Shown: piece after piece, positions 1 to 11,969 of the stretch
Layout: the number at the start of each line of letters is the position of its first letter
Position numbering within the stretch: the first letter of the stretch is position 1
NCBI RefSeq assembly: GCF_001194135.2
Contig: NC_068988.1
Location: forward strand, 88,241,420-88,281,018
Length of the DNA stretch: 39,599 nt
DNA from: Octopus bimaculoides
Lineage: Eukaryota
Direction: 5' to 3'
Position numbers and translations under genes: made by a program
Notes under the pieces: model-generated
Told to the model about the DNA's origin: nothing
What the model saw: only the letters and a program-made list of their open reading frames with translations
Database searches by the model: none

Positions 1-35
<35 letters not shown>

Positions 36-719
36 CGTGTACACTTTGCATACATTTGAATGTGTGTGTATGTGTTATGAGTGTATGCATATTTGTACGT
101 GTGTAAGCGTTTGTGCGTATGTGTCTATATGTGTGTGTATGTATGCGTATTACTGCATTTAAAATATTTTCCCCATTTTCGTTTTATGTTTGTAAAGCTA
201 GACATTTGCATAATTCCCTAATACATCACACACATACACATACCCATATACAACAACACATGCAGAATATCACACCTGCATCTCATCAAACCTTTTTGAA
301 ATGCTAACACTGTAATCGCCTAGGATCGATCCAATCACCAACCAATAAACAAACAAACAAACACAAAAATAAATAAAAAACTGACATTGTTGTATAACCC
401 AACCTTCTTTGATGACACTAACTGATCTTATTCTTGCCTCCCTCATCAACAGTGAGGAATGGATTTGATAGAGAATCCTATTGCAACATGTTAAATGTCT
501 ATACTACAACGAAGTGTTAGAACCGTTACGTCACAGTGCCCTAAAAAATGTTATTACTGTCTCACACTATGCAATCATTTCGGACATATCAAAAAAGATT
601 CGGAAGAATACATACATAGAAACACAGATGCATGCATACTTACATATATACATATATTCATATATATATGTGTGTGTGTATGTGAATTTGTATATATATA
701 TATATATATTCTTGGCCAG

Positions 720-1060
720 CCGTTGTCTATGCAATATGGATATTCCTCCCTGTGCCTGTGAAATCTTGTATCCCTGCCGTAAGGTTGTATTTCCACACAC
801 GCCAGCTTAATTTAAATGGTCCTTAGTCGAAAGACACCTGTTGTTATATCCTGTGATTATCTTTATTGTATTTGGGTAACATTGTCTGTTTTTTTCCGTC
901 CTTGTTTTTGTATACATTCGCTGCTTTCTTCCAAGGAATCTAAGTTTAGCTTAGTTTTTCTTTGGGGCTGGCCAGATTGGAGCAATCTCAAGTATAATCA
1001 GCCGAAATTGCGAAGATAATCTGGTACTCGACTGAGGAAAGAAAACTCCGAATGACCTGT
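720..1060 (-). mobile_element. Possible decayed LINE fragment (start of an apurinic-endonuclease domain), running into a gap
   Basis: Minus-strand translation TIKIITGYNNRCLSTKDHLN*AGVCGNTTLRQGYKISQAQGGISILHRQ loosely follows APE motifs (KIxTWNxxGL ... GY ... GGxxIL). It contains a stop. Motif recall only. Confidence 0.3.
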
Positions 1061-1577
1061 NNNNNNNNNNNNNNNNNNNNNNNNNNNNNNNNNNNNNNNN
1101 NNNNNNNNNNNNNNNNNNNNNNNNNNNNNNNNNNNNNNNNNNNNNNNNNNNNNNNNNNNNNNNNNNNNNNNNNNNNNNNNNNNNNNNNNNNNNNNNNNNN
1201 NNNNNNNNNNNNNNNNNNNNNNNNNNNNNNNNNNNNNNNNNNNNNNNNNNNNNNNNNNNNNNNNNNNNNNNNNNNNNNNNNNNNNNNNNNNNNNNNNNNN
1301 NNNNNNNNNNNNNNNNNNNNNNNNNNNNNNNNNNNNNNNNNNNNNNNNNNNNNNNNNNNNNNNNNNNNNNNNNNNNNNNNNNNNNNNNNNNNNNNNNNNN
1401 NNNNNNNNNNNNNNNNNNNNNNNNNNNNNNNNNNNNNNNNNNNNNNNNNNNNNNNNNNNNNNNNNNNNNNNNNNNNNNNNNNNNNNNNNNNNNNNNNNNN
1501 NNNNNNNNNNNNNNNNNNNNNNNNNNNNNNNNNNNNNNNNNNNNNNNNNNNNNNNNNNNNNNNNNNNNNNNNNNNNN

Positions 1578-1834
1578 GAAGCCCTTCGTATATATGTATA
1601 TATATATGTATGTGTGTGTATATATTTGTGTGTCTGTGTTTGTCCCCCCAACATCACTTCACAACCGATGCTGGTATGTTTACGTCCCCGTAACTTAGCG
1701 GTTCGGCAAAAGAGACCAATAGAATAAGTACTAGGCTTACAAAGAATAAATCCTGGGGTCGATCAGCTCGACTAAAAGGCGGCGCTCCAGTATGACCACA
1801 GTCAAATGACTGAAACAAGTAAAAGAGTAAAAGA

Positions 1835-1835
<1 letters not shown>
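1578..1835 (+). mobile_element. SINE family A, 3' half (head lost in gap)
   Basis: Colinear with the 3' half of the 3844-4256 copy (gtccccgtaacttagcggttcgg...ctggggtcgat...gactgaaacaagtaaaagagtaaaagag). Confidence 0.9.
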
Positions 1836-1883
<48 letters not shown>

Positions 1884-2687
1884 TGCATATACACACACAT
1901 TCTCACACACACATATAAAAAGCTATGACTAGCGAAATCTTACTCCTCTAAAATACTCAAAAATACTCATAATCAACTATAGATTATTATTCAAGCCAAC
2001 ATATCTGAAATACAGAGGTAGCATAGGAAAAACAAGCAAAACAGAAAAAAAACAAATAAACGAAACTAAACAAAACAAATATCTGAAAGGAGGGAAATGC
2101 GTGTGTCATTATAGCCCTACACTCTTTCTATGACAATCAGTAGGGACCGTGATTTTTCATCTCATAAGGTAGAAAGATAGTGGATACAAAAATGACTGAA
2201 CAAACAAACGCACCGAAATATTACACGCGCGCGCGCGCAGATATATGTAGGTATTTAAATATGTAGATAGATATGTGTATTTATATNNNNNNNNNNNNNN
2301 NNNNNNNNNNNNNNNNNNNNNNNNNNNNNNNNNNNNNNNNNNNNNNNNNNNNNNNNNNNNNNNNNNNNNNNNNNNNNNNNNNNNNNNNNNNNNNNNNNNN
2401 NNNNNNNNNNNNNNNNNNNNNNNNNNNNNNNNNNNNNNNNNNNNNNNNNNNNNNNNNNNNNNNNNNNNNNNNNNNNNNNNNNNNNNNNNNNNNNNNNNNN
2501 NNNNNNNNNNNNNNNNNNNNNNNNNNNNNNNNNNNNNNNNNNNNNNNNNNNNNNNNNNNNNNNNATATATACTTTATGGGCTAAAGCTACCATTGGTTTC
2601 ATATAAAGAGAGAAACCCCTTAACAGTTATCAAGCCTACCATATGCAACATCGGTTTTCGTCTCCGTCTTGGAATAAAACGCACACA

Positions 2688-2735
<48 letters not shown>

Positions 2736-2980
2736 GGTATATATATAATGTATGCATATTTAACATGCACACACATATACGAACACATAAAATTTAGTTG
2801 ACTAATATCAATAATAATAAGGTATTTTGAAATGTGAGTTAAATTCACAACTTCCTATTTACTCCATTATTCTGAAAAGAGAGACATATTTAATTGCCAC
2901 AAACATAAGAAACGTAACATAACATTGACAACGGTACAGAACCTCTCATTTATCTAATCAATTAATTAATATTCCACAGG

Positions 2981-3149
2981 GTCAGGCATGGCTGTGGTTA
3001 AGAAGCTCCTTTTCCTGCTATGTGGTTTCAGGTTCAGTGCCAATGCGCGTCACCTTGGGAAAATGTTTTCTACTATAGCTCAGGGCCGTCTAGTCCCTTG
3101 AGAGTGGATTTAGTTGACGGGAACTGTGCGGAAGCCCGTTGTATACATA

Positions 3150-3187
<38 letters not shown>

Positions 3188-3450
3188 CAAACGTTTGTGT
3201 GTCTTTGTGTTTGTGCTTTTTCCCCACCGCTTGATAACCAGTATNNNNNNNNNNNNNNNNNNNNNNNNNTTGGAAAAAGGAAAGGAAAAAAAAAAAAAAA
3301 TTAAAAAAATAAAAATAAAAATAAAAAGCCGCTAGAATAAGTATCAAATTTAAAAATAAGTACTGAGATCATTTCGTTCAACTTTAACCCTTTGAGGTGG
3401 TGCTCCACCGTGGCCGTTGTTCAATGTCCGAGACAAGCAAAATATAAGAG
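2981..3450 (+). mobile_element. SINE family A, diverged full-length copy
   Basis: Head tggctgtggttaag...ggttcagtgcc, then caccttgggaaaatgttttctactatagc, internal (GT)n and tail gagacaagcaaaatataagag. Colinear with 3844-4256. Confidence 0.85.
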
Positions 3451-3843
3451 GTAGAAGATTTCGGCAAATTAATCTGTTAAGTAGCTAAACTGCTAATTCC
3501 CCGATTAATACTTAATGATTAATTTAATGATATTAACTAATATTGACTACTCACTTAATATATTCATTAACTAATCTGTTTCCGAACTGATATGTGAACT
3601 AATATTTCAATAAAATAATCCGGTAATTTGATAATCTCTTCACGCACTAATCCGTTAATTCCTGTTTAGAAGTTAATCCGTTAAAAGAACAAATCTGTTA
3701 AGTGATATCTTAATTGAAGTATCTGTTAATTAACTAATCTTTTAATCTAACTAATCTGATCGCCGATGACTGGAATTTATTAATATTTTTCGTTAATTAA
3801 GCTGCTAATCAGGTAATTAATTGACGAAGTAATAACAGACATA

Positions 3844-4256
3844 GGCGTAGGAGTGGCTGTGTGGTAAGTAGCTTGCTTACCAACCACATGGTCCCGGGTT
3901 CAGTCCCACTGCGTGGCACCTTGGGCAAGTGTCTTCTACTATAGCCTCGGGCCGACCAAAGCCTTGTGAGTGGATTTGGTAGACGGAAACTGAAAGAAGC
4001 CCGTCGTATATATGTATATATATATGTATATGTGTATGTGTTTGTGTGTCTGTCTTTGTCCCTCCAACATCGCTTGACAACCGATGCTGGTGTGTTTATG
4101 TCCCCGTAACTTAGCGGTTCGGTAAAAGAGACCGATAGAATAGGTACTAGGCTTCTAAAGAATAAGTTCTGGGGTCGATTTGCTCGACTAAATGTGGTGC
4201 TCCAGCATGGCCACTGTCAAAAGACTGAAACAAGTAAAAGAGTAAAAGAGTAAAGA
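3844..4256 (+). mobile_element. SINE family A, full-length tRNA-derived SINE with CORE-like central motif
   Basis: Pol III A-box-like tggctgtgtggtaag and B-box-like ggttcagtccc. The motif accttgggcaagt resembles the CORE-SINE domain. Internal (TA/TG) microsatellite and (taaaagag)n tail. Seven related copies in the window. Confidence 0.92.
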
Positions 4257-4273
4257 CAAATCCACGTATGCAA

Positions 4274-4305
4274 CATCATCAGCACCATCATCATCATCGT
4301 CATCG

Positions 4306-4337
<32 letters not shown>

Positions 4338-4340
4338 GTT

Positions 4341-4391
<51 letters not shown>

Positions 4392-4470
4392 GTCATCATC
4401 GTCATCGTCATCGTCATCATCATCATCATCATCATCATCATCGTCATCATCATCGACGGCGACGACGACA
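4274..4470. repeat. (CAT)n/(CGT) trinucleotide microsatellite
   Basis: Direct inspection; source of the poly-His/poly-Met ORFs. Confidence 0.98.
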
Positions 4471-4554
4471 CCAGCAACAACTATAAAGGCTCCTCTGCAT
4501 GGTCATCCAACCCGCGCTCGATCACTTTATCAGTAGGACTATGTCTCTAACATA

Positions 4555-4765
4555 GTGTGCGATTACCTAGAACACCCCAGACCACTACTACAACACTATC
4601 CTAACAACAGTCTCTCTAACACTCGGTTCAGACACATTTGAAACACACAAGAATTCCATTACTTTACGATCCTATAGACCTTAACTCTTCTAGCAAGTCC
4701 TGACTCATCCACAACACCCCCACAACACTACTACAGTTGCCATCTTCACATCACTCTAGCAACTT
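4555..4765. repeat. Degenerate ~70-bp minisatellite, block 1 (~3 units)
   Basis: Units such as aacaccccagaccactactacaacactatcctaacaacagtctctc match block 2 at 5780-6290. Confidence 0.65.
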
Positions 4766-5099
4766 ATGTTCGCTCTTCTTAACTGTCATGTGACAGCTAG
4801 TGATTTTGTTTATTTTGATATGATGTCGGTTAGCGACATTGTCTTTTTTTCTACACGCGAAATATACAGCACCACGCAGTAAAAAATATATCGAGAGAGG
4901 TAAAGAATGAAAGTAATGAACGAATTTTCTTCGTCGTTGAACGGGTTAATACAACTCACATTACGGTTAGACACACAAGAAACTTATTTTCCCCTCACTG
5001 CACTCACTTTCAATTCTTTAGAGTGGAAATAACTTTTTTATCGTATAAAAATGACTCGTAACTCATTTTTACAAAAAAGTGAAAAAATAATAATAAATA

Positions 5100-5310
5100 A
5101 ACGATGATCTCTTGACAGTTTTTTTTCTGGCACTTTGTGCTACATTTTGCTGTGAGTTGACAGATATTTGGAAAAATCTCAATGCTGGATTTATATTTTT
5201 TTTTATCTCTTGCATTACGCTCCAGCATGCCATATCTCTCTCCCACAAAAAATCCAATATTCACTCTTTTAATTTTCACCTGCACTGATTTTTGTCTGGC
5301 CATTACGTAT
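5100..5310 (-). mobile_element. Possible decayed Merlin/IS1595-like transposase fragment
   Basis: With frameshifts the minus strand gives KSVQV..KRV..WIFCGRE and SVN-HSK, resembling Merlin WVFGGxER and TVNHS motifs. The spacing is shorter than expected. Confidence 0.25.
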
Positions 5311-5500
5311 GTTCAATCATCTTCTTGGGAAGTAAACTTGAATAAACGTAATACAGGTCACTATATTTTTACCTGCAATATTAAATTCTTAAATTCTTCT
5401 TATTTCTTTGCATACATTTGGATTAATTCCCTACTCAGACCATTTTAAGAATACAATTATAGCCAATATTCCATATTTAATAAATGTTACTTTCAAATTT

Positions 5501-5702
5501 TAGCTCAAAGCCAGCAATTACGAGGGAGGGATAGGTCGATTACATCGACTCTAGTAATCAACTGGTACTTATTTTATCGATCCCGAAAATATGAAAGGCA
5601 AAGTCGACCTTGGCGGAATTTGAACTCAGAACGAAAAGGCTGACGAAATGCCCATAAGCATTTTGCCCAGCGTGCTAACGGTTCTGCCAGCTCACTGCCT
5701 TC
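5501..5702 (-). mobile_element. SINE family B (tRNA head plus Nin/Deu-like domain)
   Basis: Reverse complement is colinear with 28426-28664: gagctggcagaaccgttagcacgctggg...gttctgagttcaaattccgccaaggtcgactttgcctttcat...cgataaaataagtaccag. Confidence 0.9.
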
Positions 5703-5779
5703 GTGATGTAATAATTTTAAATATCATGATGAAATAAATTTTACGACACTGTTTCGTCTACAGTGTGTTGACACATCCA

Positions 5780-6290
5780 GAACAGCTAAGAACACCATCC
5801 TAAATCGCTCCTAAGCAATCCAGAAACATCAACCATCCCGAGACATTACTTTAACACTATCCTAGTGACAGTATATCTCCTTCTCAATCCAGACACATGA
5901 AAAGCACCCCAAACACTACTACAACACCACTCTTACAACACTATCTCTCCCACAGTCTTCAGGTATTTATAACATCCCATAACACTACTGCAACGCCATC
6001 TTAATAACACTACTTCTAGACAGTCACGACATATTTAAAACACCTTTATAACTCTACTACAACATTATCTCTCCCACAGAGTCTTGACGTATCTACAATA
6101 CCCCCAAAACACCACTACAGCATTATACTAACAACGCTATCTCTGCAATACAGTTCAGAGACATTTGCAAAACCCTCAAAACATTATTACAACAATCTTA
6201 ACAACGCAATCACTCCCATACAGTCAAGATATATTTACAACACTACAACACCCCCAGAATACTACTACGTCATCATCTTAACATCATTAT
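5780..6290. repeat. Degenerate ~70-bp minisatellite, block 2 (~7 units)
   Basis: Recurring unit approx. gacacatttacaacacccccaaaacactactacaacaccatcttaacaacactatctctcccacagtc, starting near 5890, 5960, 6028, 6086, 6160 and 6228. Confidence 0.8.
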
Positions 6291-6460
6291 GTGCACATAT
6301 ATACTCAACAATACTAACAGCTTCAAAGGATTATATTAATCTCAGATATTGTGCTGAGGTACATACTAACAAAAACGTGTGCAGACAAACAACAGCACCT
6401 GTAGCACTTCAAATAAGTTAAGTTTGCTGTGGTTACCTCCAGAATATACCGACATACTGT

Positions 6461-6602
6461 AAGCAGTGAGTCGGTAGAATCGTAAGAGTGTTGGTTACAA
6501 TGTTTTTACTTTTCGTTCCGGGTATCTACACTCTGAGTTCAAATCTTACTGAGGTCAACCTTTGCCTGCATCCTTTCGTAGTCGATTTATAAAATATCAG
6601 TT
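6461..6602 (+). mobile_element. SINE family B, old degenerate copy
   Basis: gcagtgagtcggtagaatcgtaag...ctctgagttcaaatcttactgaggtcaacctttgcctgcatcctttcgtagtcgat aligns to family B. Confidence 0.7.
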
Positions 6603-6819
6603 TTATGCTGAATCAAAATCTCTCCTGTCCCTTTCCCTCCATCCCTCTCTCTGTGTCAGTCTCTTTCTGGAAAATATCGGCTGTCAAGAGCCTGAAAGGT
6701 GTGGGGTTCGCCAAGTTTATAATGTCCAAGAGAGGCTATTTGTCACTGTACGACTCCATTGGTAGTTAGGTTCCTCCTTCCATACTGGCATGCGATCATC
6801 CAATGACGGAGCTTCTTAC

Positions 6820-7015
6820 CCTCTTAGAAATGGGTAAAAGTCTCCTTTAAATCCTAACATACAATCTTGAAAAAGGAAGAATATACTGGATAACGTATTC
6901 CTAGATATACTTTGCTTACGAGTGAAAGAAGTGCACAAGGACATGGACATGGGTAGAATAGTTTTGATTATAGACATTCTTGATAAAAGTCGGCTTTGGG
7001 CTAAACAACAACATT
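6820..7015 (+). mobile_element. Single arm of fold-back (long-TIR) repeat family F
   Basis: ttagaaatggg...tctcctttaaatc...tcttgaaaaaggaag...ctggataacgtattcctagat...ttgggctaaacaacaac is colinear with 19326-19493 and with the reverse complement of 18125-18315. Confidence 0.6.
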
Positions 7016-7089
7016 AATAACTAGGTCAAAACGAGCCAACGACGGATTCTCTAAATTAATTCTCAACTTGCTAAAAATAGATGCCAAAT

Positions 7090-7440
7090 TCTGTTGCTAT
7101 CAAAGAAGAGCAGACATGAAGTAGTCAGAGACGAAATAACGTATTTTTCGACATGGCAGACATTGCATCGTAGAAGACGCCTCTGCTTTTGGAAAATCAT
7201 TTCAGGGAATTTGTTTTGTTATATTTACCAAAGCATCACCCATAGAATCGGGCGGTGCAAAGCAGCGGAGAGCCCAGGCCTGTCGTTGAGTGAAATCATC
7301 CAACAATAGTTACAAACCTGGTGGTTTGATATCAAGTATTATTGTACACAGTACTATGTTCTTCAATTTAGACCGCGGCTGAAAATGGCTTGTGGTACTA
7401 GTGAAGGTATGGTAGTGAATATATAACGTCCAAGACATTG
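7090..7440 (-). mobile_element. Possible decayed piggyBac-like transposase C-terminus
   Basis: Minus-strand pieces SWTLYIH...SHFQPRSKL and FPEMIFQKQRRLLRCNVCH resemble the piggyBac C-terminal region and the start of its Cys-rich domain. Several frameshifts are needed. Confidence 0.3.
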
Positions 7441-7769
7441 AGGTCTAAAATGTGAATGAATAAATAAAAACAAAATATCGCGATCGTTGTGAAAAGAATC
7501 CAACTTTTAACCACATCTCAATAGATGGTGCTGCCGAGTCACTAACATTAGTAAACGAACAGCAAAATATCAGGAGCAATGTAGCTGCAGTAGAGTTAAT
7601 GTATTTTCTTTTATATTTCGAGTAATCGTAATTATAAATATATATCAACAATATTAGTTGAATTAGTGAAATTATGCTCTGGAGGTAACTTAAAACTATC
7701 AATAGTGGGGGCGTAGTATCAAGGTTTTGAGGAGTGTGGAATCATCTTTTAGCTACTGTTGTTCTCGTG

Positions 7770-9145
7770 TCTCCTCTGACACGGATAGTAGCACCTGTCA
7801 GGGGCTCAGCTGTGGGTTAACTAGCAAGTCGGTCGGGCAGATAGAGTTCGTTAGGTCAGAGTAGTGATGGCACGTCTAGGAGGAAGAAAACTCTGGTTCC
7901 AAACCTCACTGCTTTGCAGCTATACCCAGTCATAGAAAAAGCTTCGGGAATAAACCCCGGGGGGGGGGAACAGGAGTCGGAGCTCATGAGTCAGTTAGAC
8001 GGTGTTTTCAATTTCGTTCCGGCAACTCCTGCGACAACGCTGATGCGAAATTGTAACAGCCATCTTTTGGATCCATCAGTGACTTGGAGAGGGAGACTCG
8101 TTGTATGGGCAACAAGCTGTCTTCCGTAACATACTGCATAGGCTTAAATCCTTTAAAACACCCTATATTGAAAAGATAGAACCGGATAACACACCGAAGA
8201 GTACACTCCAGCCTCGCCTACCTCGCCTCATCTACCTCGCCTCGCCTACCTCGCCTCGCCTACCTCGCCTCGCCTACCTCGCCTCGCCTACCTCGCCTCG
8301 CCTANNNNNNNNNNNNNNNNNNNNNNNNNNNNNNNNNNNNNNNNNNNNNNNNNNNNNNNNNNNNNNNNNNNNNNNNNNNNNNNNNNNNNNNNNNNNNNNN
8401 NNNNNNNNNNNNNNNNNNNNNNNNNNNNNNNNNNNNNNNNNNNNNNNNNNNNNNNNNNNNNNNNNNNNNNNNNNNNNNNNNNNNNNNNNNNNNNNNNNNN
8501 NNNNNNNNNNNNNNNNNNNNNNNNNNNNNNNNNNNNNNNNNNNNNNNNNNNNNNNNNNNNNNNNNNNNNNNNNNNNNNNNNNNNNNNNNNNNNNNNNNNN
8601 NNNNNNNNNNNNNNNNNNNNNNNNNNNNNNNNNNNNNNNNNNNNNNNNNNNNNNNNNNNNNNNNNNNNNNNNNNNNNNNNNNNNNNNNNNNNNNNNNNNN
8701 NNNNNNNNNNNNNNNNNNNNNNNNNNNNNNNNNNNNNNNNNNNNNNNNNNNNNNNNNNNNNNNNNNNNNNNNNNNNNNNNNNNNNNNNNNNNNNNNNNNN
8801 NNNNNNNNNNNNNNNNNNNNNNNNNNNNNNNNNNNNNNNNNNNNNNNNNNNNNNNNNNNNNNNNNNNNNNNNNNNNNNNNNNNNNNNNNNNNNNNNNNNN
8901 NNNNNNNNNNNNNNNNNNCGCCTACCTCGCCTCGCCTACCTCGCCTCGCCTACCTCGCCTCGCCTACCTCGCCTCGCCTACCTCGCCTCGCCTACAACAA
9001 AACTGCAACAGAACCGCTCACAAGTGTTGCTTGTGTGGCAGAAACTACCATTCGCTCGTTGGAATGTCCAGCCACAGACAACACTATTCAAACAGGGCGG
9101 ACAACTAGGACCTTCATCCATGGTCATTATGGTTGGTCGGAGCTA
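7770..9145 (+). mobile_element. RTE-clade LINE derivative: 5' UTR joined through a minisatellite to the ORF C-terminus and 3' end
   Basis: 7875-8140 (tctaggaggaagaaaactctggttccaaacctcactgctttgcagctataccc...gcttcgggaataaacccc...ggcaactcctgcgac) matches RTE 5' UTRs as I recall them. 9000-9108 encodes AHKCCLCGRNYHSLVGMSSHRQHY, the RTE C-terminal CxxCGRxCxSRIGLxSH zinc-finger motif. Confidence 0.75.
8212..8994. repeat. 14-bp GC-rich minisatellite (cctcgcctcgccta)n spanning gap 8305-8918
   Basis: Near-perfect units on both sides of the gap; translates as the 14-aa period PRLPRLAYLASPTS. Confidence 0.97.
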
Positions 9146-9339
9146 GTATAGAATAAAAAAAAAATATTTGCAATTGCTAAGTAAATGAAATGACACTCTT
9201 TTTAAGGAGTTGAGAAACCTACAGCAGTGATTTCTCAATTAGCACTGTGGAAGAGGCAGGCTAATTTTCGAGGAATTATTGTTTTTACAAAAGAAAAATG
9301 AATGTGCGTCTTCCATGCAGCAAAATACGATGTGGAAAA

Positions 9340-9425
9340 AGAGAGAGAGAGAAGCGAGGGAGGGGAGAGAGGGAAAGAGAGAGTTGAAAGAGAGGGAGGG
9401 AAGAGAGAAAGAGAGGGAGAGAGAA
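9340..9425. repeat. GA-rich low-complexity tract
   Basis: Direct inspection. Confidence 0.9.
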
Positions 9426-9539
9426 GAATGGTGACAGCTAGAGTGGCTCGATCAGAGGTCAGATTGACCATGGATGACCTGGGACTAAATAGCAACAAAC
9501 AGAAGAAGCAACAACACAAAGTAAAATAACATCACCGAT

Positions 9540-9765
9540 ACCATCACAACCACCACCACAACCACCACCACAACCACCAAGAGCAACCGCACCACCACCA
9601 CCACCACCACTTCCACCTAAACAACAACAACAACTTCACAGCCATACCACCATTACCACTTCTATCCTGACGTCCACTAACACTTCCACTCCCCTAACTA
9701 CTACACCTCCCACTACTACCACGACTACAACATCACAACCATAACCACAACCATCAATACCAATC

Positions 9766-9800
<35 letters not shown>

Positions 9801-9904
9801 CACTATCACCACCACTACCACCACCAATACTACTACTACTACTACCACCACCATCACCACCACCACCACCGCCACCACCACCACCAATACTGCTGCTGCT
9901 GCTG

Positions 9905-9958
<54 letters not shown>

Positions 9959-9985
9959 CCAACAACAACAAAAACGATAACAACA
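9540..9985. repeat. Compound trinucleotide microsatellite (CAC/TAC/CTG/CAA)
   Basis: Direct inspection; source of the poly-Val ORF 9636-9986. Confidence 0.95.
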
Positions 9986-10321
9986 CTACTGTCTCCAGAG
10001 TGAAACAGTCTGTAATCTGTAATTAAGATTTAACTGAAACATAATTAATAATGAATAATGTAAGGCGAATATTCAATTACTTCTCTTCTACTCTTTTATT
10101 CCACCCCTAATTTACCCTCTAATCTACCTCCCTCTTTTTTTTTTATCCTGTCATCTTCTCTTCCCCTGTATCTCTGTTCACCTCCTTTTCGCTTTGTTCT
10201 CCTCTCACCTCTACTCTCCTCATTCTATGTCCTTTTGTAGAATTTCCAAAAGAGCACAACTTTCTCTTCTTCGCTCTCCCGATCTCTTTCTATTTATTTC
10301 CGTTATCTCCCTTCTCCTATG

Positions 10322-10385
10322 TATTTGGCCGAATGGATAAAACACTGTAAACTCTAGCTCTAAAGATCGTGTGTTCAAATTAATG
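10322..10385 (+). mobile_element. Isolated tRNA-like SINE head (degenerate)
   Basis: A-box-like tggccgaatggataa and B-box-like gtgttcaaatt at tRNA-like spacing, with no acceptor stem. Confidence 0.4.
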
Positions 10386-11305
10386 TCTGCCACGACAACG
10401 CAACATTTAACTTTCTATATATATATATATTGTCAGTTCACCCTGCCGTCGGTAAAGATTTTGGATTACGAATCCATCTAGAGCAGTCATTTGTGATAAA
10501 CTGGCGTCATACTAAAAGAGATTTATGTATCACCTGTTATATGGTGTTTCTGGACAGAACATTATATTACACATTTTCTCTCTTCAGCAATCTGTTGCAG
10601 TAATATATATANNNNNNNNNNNNNNNNNNNNNNNNNNNNNNNNNNNNNNNNNNNNNNNNNNNNNNNNNNNNNNNNNNNNNNNATATATATATATATATAT
10701 ATATAATATATATATATATATATCCCTAAATCAACCTAGTAATGCCACCGTTGACAGAATGTTGTCCTAATCAGAGAGCAATTGGTCTTTCTTCCTCTAC
10801 ATTCTCCATGGTGGGTTTCTCCAAGGGGAACATTTTAAACTAACTGCATAAATTCACATTGCTATGAATCTAACAACCAACACAAGTATACATACATACA
10901 TATATACATACATACATACATAGTCCGTACATACGTACTAACATACATATATACATATATTAACAAACATACATATACATATATATAGTGTATATATACA
11001 TACAAACACACACACACACACACACACATACATAGAGATGTATGTGAAATTACGATAAATGTAAACAAACAATGCTTGCTTTTAGAAGCGTTGAGATGTA
11101 TTGTAAGATACAGATAAGGAAATAATTTATTCTCATACACAGAAATGCTGATAGCACAACAGGGATAGGATAAAATATCCATTGTACGGAAACTGTTTGA
11201 GGACAGTCCTCAAAGTAACAACAAAAGTTTGATATGTAAAATTGTAACCAATGGAAAAAAATACATGGGCGCCAAAGCGTTACATCTTCAGATACAGGTG
11301 CATTC

Positions 11306-11369
<64 letters not shown>

Positions 11370-11724
11370 NNNNNNNNNNNNNNNNNNNNNNNNNNNNNNN
11401 NNNNNNNNNNNNNNNNNNNNNNNNNNNNNNNNNNNNNNNNNNNNNNNNNNNNNNNNNNNNNNNNNNNNNNNNNNNNNNNNNNNNNNNNNNNNNNNNNNNN
11501 NNNNNNNNNNNNNNNNNNNNNNNNNNNNNNNNNNNNNNNNNNNNNNNNNNNNNNNNNNNNNNNNNNNNNNNNNNNNNNNNNNNNNNNNNNNNNNNNNNNN
11601 NNNNNNNNNNNNNNNNNNNNNNNNNNNNNNNNNNNNNNNNNNNNNNNNNNNNNNNNNNNNNNNNNNNNNNNNNNNNNNNNNNNNNNNNNNNNNNNNNNNN
11701 NNNNNNNNNNNNNNNNNNNNNNNN

Positions 11725-11837
11725 CTTATTTCCATCGACCCCGAAAGGATGAACGGCAAAATCGACCTCGGTGGAATTTGAACTCAGAACGTGCAGACAG
11801 ACGAAATACTGGTAAGCATTTCTGTCAGCTCGTTGCC

Positions 11838-11838
<1 letters not shown>
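11725..11838 (-). mobile_element. SINE family B, 5' part (rest in gap)
   Basis: atcgaccccgaaaggatgaacggcaaaatcgacctcggtggaatttgaactcagaac...cagctcgttgcct is the reverse complement of the family B head and domain. Confidence 0.9.
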
Positions 11839-11898
<60 letters not shown>

Positions 11899-11903
11899 TG
11901 ATG

Positions 11904-11968
<65 letters not shown>
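11839..11968. repeat. (TAA)n microsatellite
   Basis: Direct inspection. Confidence 0.99.

Positions 11969-11969
<1 letters not shown>

Noticed and set aside
3836-4260. TSD around the full-length family A copy
   Set aside because: Only a 5-bp agaca match, not distinguishable from chance in A-rich flanks.
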